In this document: piece by piece, positions 56,290 through 64,000 of the stretch
Numbering within the stretch: the stretch's first letter is position 1
How the letters are laid out: every line of letters begins with the position of its first letter
DNA from: Trichomonas gallinae
Taxonomy: Eukaryota
DNA: 64,000 nucleotides
Direction: 5' to 3'
Assembly (NCBI GenBank): GCA_008369845.1
Contig: MRSU01001922.1
Location: 1 to 64,000 of the forward strand
Position numbers and translations under genes: made by a program
The notes under the pieces: generated by a model
Databases searched by the model: none
What the model was told of the DNA's origin: nothing
Seen by the model: only the letters and a program-made list of their open reading frames with translations

Positions 56290-58788
56290 ATGCTTTATTT
56301 TCTGCTTCTATCCATTGAACTACTTCGTTCAAACAGTCTAAAACAAGCGAATGAAAATGCTGCAGTCCTTAGTATTGACTTTGGACTGCTGAACACTGGA
56401 CCATCTACAATCATCAATTGTGATTGTAAAGAAACAATAATAAATATAACGGCTATACCCGATGGAACCAATCTAGCATTTGTAGGCAATTATATTCAGC
56501 TAACTCAAACAATTAATAACATTAAAATTCGAGAAGCTAAGATATATGCACAGCGTGGTTCAACAATCAACTTTTATACAGATCCTAATGCAGCTATATC
56601 ATTCAGTAACCTTTTTTCTCTTCTTAGTTTATATCAAAATAGATACCAAATATTTCCTGCTCAGAACTGCACAATTAAAGTATTACAGAATTCAGCACTT
56701 ATAACATCATTCGATATAACAGTCAAACAGTTTCACGATACAAATTATTATTTTGAATCGAACAACATCCCATTTTCTATCGACCAACAGAACCATTCTA
56801 AGATCAACATCACTGTTGGGAACTCAAAAATCCTTAAAATCAAAGAATTATTTCTAAAATCAAATATTTCGATTTACTCGACAGTTGTGAATATGTGTTT
56901 ACAGACTGAATTACTATATTGCACGCAGGATATAACACTCGTCACAAATGGCATTACAATCGATATTAATACGCTCAGACTTCAAAATTCGAAATTAAAT
57001 GCTATTAATACTGATTTTGTGATATCCGTATTATCACTTGACAATTCTATTATGCATGCAGGTAATATTCAATCAAAATCTTCAGCAAAAATATTTATTC
57101 GAGATTCTAGCTCAATTTTAAATGCAAAATCGATAAAAGACATGAAATTCACATATTTTGTGAATACCAAAATATTTGGACCTTTTGCTCCTAAAGTTCT
57201 CTTTACTTCAGAAAATGAATTTAAATTCGATAAAAGAAATTTGTCTTTGATTGATCGCAATGCAAAATATAAGCTCGACTATGATGCGGCCATCGATGGA
57301 AACAAAGGAATGGCTATAAAAATCTTAATTCTTTGTGATACAGAGCAAATTACATTAAATATCACAGATATTGAAAACGTTAACTTTTTACGTGATTTAT
57401 CATCATATAATCAACTTAATCATTCGACAATTAATATATCAATTGCATTTTTAACTCAAACTCCAATTTTCATTGACAAAATACCAGAAATATTCGACAA
57501 AATCATAATCCACTCAGCATTCCATACCAATACCATTGCTGTTAACATCACAAATCCTTCAGCAATAATTAATGTAGATAATTTTACTATAATTAACTCA
57601 TCTATCACATGTAGTAGTATTGGTATAACCAATAAAGCGCATGCAGCAGCATCAACAATAATTCGCGCACAAAAAATGGTTATTGATTATTCAGCAACAG
57701 CAAATCTCTCGGATTTATTCATCGATGAATTAGAATATCATAGTAATTCTGCATATGTCGATCTCTATGATACTTACTTAGAAGCTTCTGATGTTTCAAT
57801 AAATCACAAAAATGTCAAAACAATTATATTCGAATCACAACGTCAAGAATTGATTACATTTTACACCAATGATGTAAAGAAGCTGCAATTTAATGAGCTT
57901 AACATTTTAGAATATCATTATAATTTTACAAGACAAAATGTTCAATTTTTCGCGTTACAAGAAGGAAGAAAAGGCACAATAATCACAAATGAACTTCCAA
58001 GTGTACTAGAATTGCACAATAGCTTCAATTTAGAGACAAAAACGAATTATTTGAATAACTCATTAATGGAAATCGAGAATGATATCACAATCGATGTAGA
58101 CCATAACATGACTATTGACGCACGAACAATTTCTCTAGGTCTTGTTTCAAGTTTAAATTCAAATAATATTTTGTTTAAAACTCGGATTCTTGAATCTTTT
58201 ACTAGCTCATTGAAGGCTTCCAAGCATTTCTCAGCTAGAAAACTCTCAATATACCATTCATCTTTTGGAAATATTTCCATAATTGATGATCTTTGCAAGA
58301 TTTCACTTCTTTATGGAGCCCAAAAGCTTGGATTTCTTCATGTTAACGAATTATACCAATCAGATCAATGTGAAACCTTAAAAGTCAAGCTATCAAATAT
58401 TTATGATCCTCAATCTCATGATTTCTACTACAATAATATTGATGATATGTCCATTGAGTTCTTATGCTTCAATAAAACAAATATTCACAGCATTTCGGTT
58501 GAATTCAAAAGTGATTCATGGGTATTTAATTCAACAACGCGTTTGTTCGACATGGAGCTTACGCATAGATCTAATTTAACATGTATGTCGATTGTTAAAC
58601 GTAAAGAAACGAATAATTCGACAGGAAAAACGAATTTCTTCTTGAAATACTGGATTCCTCTTGTTTGCATAGCAGTTTTACTACTAGTTGTTTTAATAAT
58701 TACGTTGCTGCTCCTTAAAAAGCGTAAAAAGAATGCAATTGACCAATTTATATTCTCAGATACCTTAACTGACTCACTTATCCAATAG
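56290..58788 (+). CDS. Type I membrane/surface protein, Asn/Ile-rich beta-structured ectodomain
   Basis: Signal-like MLYFLLLS; CCTTT (M5-like) 17 nt upstream; TM WIPLVCIAVLLLVVLIITLLLL followed by KKRKK. Confidence 0.85.
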   Translation: MLYFLLLSIELLRSNSLKQANENAAVLSIDFGLLNTGPSTIINCDCKETIINITAIPDGTNLAFVGNYIQLTQTINNIKIREAKIYAQRGSTINFYTDPNAAISFSNLFSLLSLYQNRYQIFPAQNCTIKVLQNSALITSFDITVKQFHDTNYYFESNNIPFSIDQQNHSKINITVGNSKILKIKELFLKSNISIYSTVVNMCLQTELLYCTQDITLVTNGITIDINTLRLQNSKLNAINTDFVISVLSLDNSIMHAGNIQSKSSAKIFIRDSSSILNAKSIKDMKFTYFVNTKIFGPFAPKVLFTSENEFKFDKRNLSLIDRNAKYKLDYDAAIDGNKGMAIKILILCDTEQITLNITDIENVNFLRDLSSYNQLNHSTINISIAFLTQTPIFIDKIPEIFDKIIIHSAFHTNTIAVNITNPSAIINVDNFTIINSSITCSSIGITNKAHAAASTIIRAQKMVIDYSATANLSDLFIDELEYHSNSAYVDLYDTYLEASDVSINHKNVKTIIFESQRQELITFYTNDVKKLQFNELNILEYHYNFTRQNVQFFALQEGRKGTIITNELPSVLELHNSFNLETKTNYLNNSLMEIENDITIDVDHNMTIDARTISLGLVSSLNSNNILFKTRILESFTSSLKASKHFSARKLSIYHSSFGNISIIDDLCKISLLYGAQKLGFLHVNELYQSDQCETLKVKLSNIYDPQSHDFYYNNIDDMSIEFLCFNKTNIHSISVEFKSDSWVFNSTTRLFDMELTHRSNLTCMSIVKRKETNNSTGKTNFFLKYWIPLVCIAVLLLVVLIITLLLLKKRKKNAIDQFIFSDTLTDSLIQ

Positions 58789-59224
58789 CTGTAGATATTT
58801 TATTTACCCTTACCTTGTTCCTTATCTATTCTCTTATAATAAAGCCTTGTTTGTATTTTATCAAAAAAAATTTTTCCATCAACATCAGCCGAAAACCATT
58901 TTTAATAAAGTCTTTGGAATGGAAAATATTATTGATCTAATTGCGTTATTTTATATTGTGATTTATTGAGTTTTGATTTAGTTATAGTTGATGTAAAATA
59001 AAAAAAACGACTTTTAACTGTAAATTTTTTACTGGGCTTATCTTCAAAAATTTAAAAATATAGAAATAGAAATATGTTGTATAATAGAGGAATATTTAAA
59101 ACCATACAATATGTTGTAAACTTAACAAAATAATTCAAACGTCTTCTCAATTCATAAAAGTTAAAATATTTCATGAAAGGTTTTATTCAGTTTTCCGTAA
59201 ATTAAATATTCGCTCTCAATTTTT

Positions 59225-59232
59225 GGCGGTTT
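59225..59232 (+). promoter_or_regulatory. GGCGGTTT M3-like core promoter motif
   Basis: 21 nt upstream of ATG 59246; same as at 11774. Confidence 0.6.
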
Positions 59233-59245
59233 CAACAATTTTTGA

Positions 59246-60946
59246 ATGACCGCGATTGGAATAGATCTCGGCACAACAAATTCACGGATTGCGTTTAATA
59301 CAAGCGCTCCACACGAAATTCCTGTCTTCGACCTACTACAGAATGAATATACCGGAAAGACATCTACGCCCACGATGGTTTCTTTTCTTGATGATTCAAT
59401 CTTGATAGGCGAAGAGGCCAGGAAAGTCTATGCAAACAAGCCAGAAAACGCCATTTACGGAATAAAGCGTATGCTTGGCAGGAAATACTACGAAATTGAA
59501 AGATTATTCAAGAACAGCCCATTCAAAATCTCATATGACAACGAAGGCTGGCCCATAGTTGAAGTCATACAAAATAACAAAGTCGAATATTACACGCCGG
59601 AAGAAATGATGAGCTTTATTTTCGGCGAGTTAAATAATATGGTAACGGCAAGAGCTGGCAAGGAAAAAACCTGCGTTGTTACTGTTCCTGCAAAAAGTAC
59701 TAGCTCCCAAAGAGCGGCAATGAAACGGGTGGCTGAGATTTCAGGATTTAAAGTCCTGAAACTCGTCACTGAGCCAGTCGCAGCTGCTGTTTACGCATTA
59801 CACCAGGCTCCTTTCACCAATGGTACACTCTTGTGCTGCTATTTTGGTGCAAGTACTTTAGATATCTGTGTAATGGAAATTAAAAACGATAAGACAATCA
59901 CAGTTAAATCTATTGCAGGCGACATCTCCTTGGGTGGCTCTGAAATCGACAGATATATTATGAATGAAATGCTCAACAGATTCGAAGAAAAACATCCAGA
60001 TAAGGATCCAACGACATCAAATCGTTCTCTCGCATTACTCCGCCAGGCCTGCGAAGAGGCTAAGATATTCCTGTCAGATAGACTCGAAGTCCAGGTGAAG
60101 ATTGCTGATTTCTTCGAAGGAATCCCTCTGGACGAGAAATTGACGCGCGATGACCTCAAGGAAATATGCAGCGAAAACATTTTCTGCAACATAAATGACC
60201 AAATCGACCTTGCTATAGGTGAGGCAAAACTCACTGCTAAGGATATCAACCAAATCCTCATTTGTGGCATGTCAAAGACACCGTGGATATGCTACGATGT
60301 CATTCGCTACTTCAACGGACGTATTACTCCAATGGCTATTGCAGATTCGAACGGCTGCATCGCTATTGGTGCCTGCATGATCTGCCACGACTTAATGACA
60401 CAGAAGCAGCTAGTTATCAACGACGTTCTTCCTTACTCTGTCGGTTTCCTCGAAAATCGCCAAAATGTCAAAATGCTTATCGACAGAAACGCGCCACTTC
60501 CACAGGAGCGCTCGTTCGAATTCGTCGTAAAGAACCCAACTCCGAAGGCCTGCATACAGTTCTTCCAGGGAGATAATGATGAAGTGAGAAATAACGCTCC
60601 AATCGGAAAGTTCATGCTCGATGACATTCCTATTATCCCGAACTCCAAGTTTACAATGAAAGTTGAGGTTGCTGAAGATGGTATCCTCAACGTCAGCGCA
60701 TTTTTCGTCCAGGATGGCAGGAAGGACATCATGGCTCTCAGATCAGCGACAAGGCTTGAAGGAGAGGAAATGGAGAGGACAATTAAGCGCCATAATATGA
60801 TCATGGCGCAGCGGATGATCAAAGAGCTCAAGCGAAGGATTATAAGACACAGAAAGTTAGCTGATATGTATGAAGAGATTGTTAAGTTAGGACCAAATGA
60901 CTTGGAACTTTTAAGAGTCATGGTTGCCAATACTAAGGATGAGTAA
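59246..60946 (+). CDS. Atypical Hsp70/DnaK-family protein
   Basis: AIGIDLGTTNS, TPTMVSF, IKRMLGR, VVTVPA, TEPVAAA, GDISLGGSEID, CEEAKIFLS, DVLPYSVG, LIDRNAPLP; short C-terminus. Confidence 0.9.
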   Translation: MTAIGIDLGTTNSRIAFNTSAPHEIPVFDLLQNEYTGKTSTPTMVSFLDDSILIGEEARKVYANKPENAIYGIKRMLGRKYYEIERLFKNSPFKISYDNEGWPIVEVIQNNKVEYYTPEEMMSFIFGELNNMVTARAGKEKTCVVTVPAKSTSSQRAAMKRVAEISGFKVLKLVTEPVAAAVYALHQAPFTNGTLLCCYFGASTLDICVMEIKNDKTITVKSIAGDISLGGSEIDRYIMNEMLNRFEEKHPDKDPTTSNRSLALLRQACEEAKIFLSDRLEVQVKIADFFEGIPLDEKLTRDDLKEICSENIFCNINDQIDLAIGEAKLTAKDINQILICGMSKTPWICYDVIRYFNGRITPMAIADSNGCIAIGACMICHDLMTQKQLVINDVLPYSVGFLENRQNVKMLIDRNAPLPQERSFEFVVKNPTPKACIQFFQGDNDEVRNNAPIGKFMLDDIPIIPNSKFTMKVEVAEDGILNVSAFFVQDGRKDIMALRSATRLEGEEMERTIKRHNMIMAQRMIKELKRRIIRHRKLADMYEEIVKLGPNDLELLRVMVANTKDE

Positions 60947-61222
60947 ATTATTTGTAGAACTTTAAAAAAACAACATAATACCTTTATGTAGTTTCTCCAC
61001 TACCCGAATTATGAATTATATTACCGCCAGGAAAATAAATTGTATTTTTATAAATTTTTAATTTTATTAAGAAATCAGTACGTTTCGTTTCAATATAATA
61101 ACGTCCATCAGAGAGCTAACACAAATACAAAGAAATTTTGCCTAATCTCCAAAGTCACTGAATAAAAAAGTGAAAAAAATGATGCCATGATTTTTTTATC
61201 GGCAATTTTTTTTACATAAAAA

Positions 61223-61300
61223 TTGTTAAGTTTACATAGTATTTGTAAAGTTTACACAGTATTTGAGAAATTTACAATATTATTTGTTAAGTTTACATTA
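61223..61300 (+). repeat. Four-copy ~20-bp minisatellite (TTGTTAAGTTTACAyAGTAT)
   Basis: Units at 61223, 61243, 61263, 61284. Confidence 0.85.
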
Positions 61301-61660
61301 AAAACGACCAAATTATTTTTCAACGCAAGAACATTGAAATTTTGGCATTTTCAACATATACACGATCATATCCACAGCTTGTATTCGCATTTTTGATTTT
61401 TGATTTTTTCATGAAAATTTTGAACTTTGAGTTGTCTTTTTTCAGATTTCATCCGCAAAAAATCGAATATAAACAATAATAGAGCCCACAGACGGAATTT
61501 TGGATGTTAAAAATCTCAGGAAAAAAAAGAATCAAAATTCTTCATTATTCGTATAGACCTGTTTACAAAAAGCTAAAAGAACCAGAAATAAACGCTCAAA
61601 AAAGCAGTAAAGTTATAATAAATTATTGTGAAGTTTACAAAATGTCAGATTGATAAATAG

Positions 61661-62620
61661 ATGTATAAGAATCTCTCGCTTGATCAATTCACAGTTATAC
61701 GCACGATTGGCATAGGCTCATTCGCGCACGTGAACTTGTGTTTTCACAAGCCAACAGAACAATTTTGCACTTTGAAGTGCATGAGCAAGCGCCAAATCAT
61801 ACAACTCGACCAAGTCGAACACGTACGAAACGAAAAAAATATTCTTGGTATTCTTCATCATCCTAACATTGTTACCGTATACGGTTCCTTCCAGGATGAG
61901 AACTTCCTGTACATTATGATGGAATTCATCGCTGGAGGTGAAGTTTTCTCCCACTTGAGGACCAACCAATTCTTCGATCCTGATACTGTACGCTTTTATG
62001 CTGCGGAGGTTTTCATGGTTTTCGAGGAAATGCATAAAAACAATATCGTTTATCGCGATCTTAAGCCAGAAAATCTTCTATTCGATGCGGGCGGTCATAT
62101 TAAATTCATCGATTTTGGCTTTGCCAAGCAGATCGATGAACGTACTTATACTTTATGCGGCACACCAGAATATCTTGCGCCAGAAATTATACGTGGTGAG
62201 GGTACTACGTTCGCTAGTGATTGGTGGTCATATGGTGTATTGATCCATGAGCTTATATGTGGTTATACGCCATTTGCCTCATTAGCGGAGGACGATCTTT
62301 ACAGAACAATCTGCGAAGGTGTAAATGAATATCCACCTGAAGTAGATGACGCTACTGCTGATTTCCTTGACGCGTTATTTGTTCTTGATCCAACTAGAAG
62401 ACTTGGAAGCGGATCTGCGGGTACCGATGAAATTAAGAACCACCCTTACTTCGATGGTATTGATTGGAATAAGATGAGAGCGCACGCATATCAGACGCCG
62501 CTTATTCCAATGGTTACTTCACCTTACGATACGTCTAACTTCGCCGATTTTACTTCTCAGGTGCCAGAATATGAGCCACTTGACGAAGAAATGAAGAAGA
62601 TTAAGTTTGACAACTATTAA
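61661..62620 (+). CDS. AGC kinase, PKA catalytic subunit-like
   Basis: GIGSFAHV, QVEHVRNEK, YRDLKPEN, DFGFAK, TYTLCGTPEYLAPE, DWWSYG, DTSNF, terminal FDNY hydrophobic motif. Confidence 0.95.
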   Translation: MYKNLSLDQFTVIRTIGIGSFAHVNLCFHKPTEQFCTLKCMSKRQIIQLDQVEHVRNEKNILGILHHPNIVTVYGSFQDENFLYIMMEFIAGGEVFSHLRTNQFFDPDTVRFYAAEVFMVFEEMHKNNIVYRDLKPENLLFDAGGHIKFIDFGFAKQIDERTYTLCGTPEYLAPEIIRGEGTTFASDWWSYGVLIHELICGYTPFASLAEDDLYRTICEGVNEYPPEVDDATADFLDALFVLDPTRRLGSGSAGTDEIKNHPYFDGIDWNKMRAHAYQTPLIPMVTSPYDTSNFADFTSQVPEYEPLDEEMKKIKFDNY

Positions 62621-62918
62621 TTTATTTGAATTTTCATGCTTTTTTATTTTGCAAACTGGATTTTATCATAAAATATATTCTTTATCATTATGTAAAGTTA
62701 ATCCTTTAACCAAAAAACTTAAGGAGTCGAAAATTATTTTTTAATTTTTTTGTTTTATTCTTCATATTCAACTTCATAATGCAGCCTTTAGCCTTCCCAT
62801 GAAATTAAATTGGGCTTACTCCAATATTAATAAAAAATTATTAATATCATTCTATATTAAAATTATAGGGTTTATTTGGGTAATAATCAATGAATATTAG
62901 TTGATATTCAACAATTCG

Positions 62919-63582
62919 CTAGATTGAAATTGATATATGCAGAAAGAATGCTGATACAATGTGTTGATATAGAATATAACAACCAATGCACTGGGTCATT
63001 ATAATATCATTGATTTTTATCCATAAGTCAGCATATCGAACAATATAAAACGTTGGCCTTATTATTGGACCTGGAAAGTATGGATCATATCCTTGGTTAT
63101 AAGCAGTCCCAATAGAATAATGATATGTTGATACTGGTCCATTATAATCTAAACAATTTTGATTAAATGAGCCCATGAGTCCTGAAAAATCTGACCAATC
63201 GTCGCCCTTGATCTTTTTGTAGTTTTTGGACTTGGATTCATTCAAGTAATTATCTTGTCTCCAGATTTGATAAGTTGGAATTTGTCTATATTCGAGTAAA
63301 TACGTATAATATTTGTAGCGAAGGCTTCGATAAGGTACATCAGCAATAATGGAATATGTGTTTTCTTTAAGATTGTAACAGAAGTTGCTTTTCGTAAAGA
63401 ACTCGTTTTTTGTCGAATCGTGATGGTAGATGCGCAGCCAGCGTGCATCATGTGCGATTTTATACTTTTTTCCATTCCATTCATATATTCCATCTTTGGA
63501 ATAGTCAACTTTTTGATCTAATCTTGGGTTGTTACTACTTGTGGAAAAGTTTTCAAAAAATGCAAAAAAAGCTTAGTAACAT
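62919..63582 (-). pseudogene. Secreted/surface protein gene (~220 aa) with a +1 frameshift in a T7 run just after the ATG
   Basis: The frame of ORF 62919-63245 stays open upstream to ~63570 without an ATG; ATG at 63582 is one base out of frame; removing one T gives MLLSFFAFFENF...RWLRIYHHDST...LLEYRQ...IWRQ...FSGL...YSIG...FPGP...DLWIKI. Confidence 0.75.
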
Positions 63583-64000
63583 AATATGTTTTTATAGATT
63601 TTAATTTAAATTATTCGTCAAACAGTCAACATTTCCTATTTTTCAAAAAGATGATTATGTAAGTGTCATGTTGACTTTCCAATATTATCATTATCGAACT
63701 ACACTATATATATTTAATGTTTAAAATGCATGATACGCATAAAAATTATATCGCAAAATATATTTCTTGAATTTATATCTAAAACAATGCAGATCTGACA
63801 TCCACACATTGATATTTCGCTAATATTTACGAAGTTTATGATATATTTAATGAAATATTAATATTTGAAATATATCAAGTAAGAATGACTGGATTATATT
63901 AATACATTCGGTACAACATACAATTTTAAATAAAACATAACAGAAACATGAAATTAAAATAATATTTCATGAATATAAAATAAAAAAAACTAATTAAATC

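Noticed and set aside
60433..60930. Long antisense and alternate-frame ORFs (also 59839-60270, 7813-8190, 55047-55490, 49385-49774, 12547-12855)
   Set aside because: Shadow ORFs of real genes caused by codon bias; no recognisable motifs
60932..60946. Hsp70 ending ...TKDE as a near-KDEL ER signal
   Set aside because: No terminal Leu and no N-terminal signal peptide
61223..61300. CRISPR-like array
   Set aside because: Head-to-tail degenerate repeats without unique spacers, no cas genes, eukaryotic context
1..64000. Spliceosomal introns or a non-standard genetic code explaining the broken ORFs
   Set aside because: No trichomonad branch/3' splice signal (ACTAACACACAG-type) was seen by eye, and TAA, TAG and TGA all terminate intact genes here

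Overview
AT-rich, gene-dense, apparently intron-less eukaryotic DNA that looks like a trichomonad (Trichomonas vaginalis-like) chromosome segment. This is inferred from TCA(C/T)TT initiator elements just upstream of ATGs, TAAA stop/polyA overlaps, a BspA-type LRR gene, an R2R3 Myb, an ABCA half-transporter and a bacterial-type Fe-ADH. The window holds two tRNA genes (Thr-AGT, 5'-truncated by the window edge, and Val-CAC) and about 25 protein genes: Cdc20-like WD40, RapGAP, Ssn6-like TPR, VPS13, F-BAR/SH3, UBX, Myb, karyopherin-like HEAT, ABCA, Sec7-domain, Fe-ADH, AZUL-HECT, PME-1, bromodomain/ET, PPP phosphatase, atypical Hsp70, PKA-like kinase, and several type I membrane or hypothetical proteins. 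I saw no intact transposon, CRISPR or rRNA. The most notable observations are: (1) a large Sec7 protein whose catalytic glutamate position reads Lys; (2) a strongly over-represented intergenic quasi-palindrome TGACATGTAA plus other clustered upstream motifs; (3) three surface-protein genes disabled by small lesions (a homopolymer +1, a CA-repeat +2, and 5' in-frame stops); (4) ankyrin-repeat relics in several intergenic gaps; (5) several enzymes with substituted catalytic motifs. All protein assignments come from manual motif recognition, not database searches.
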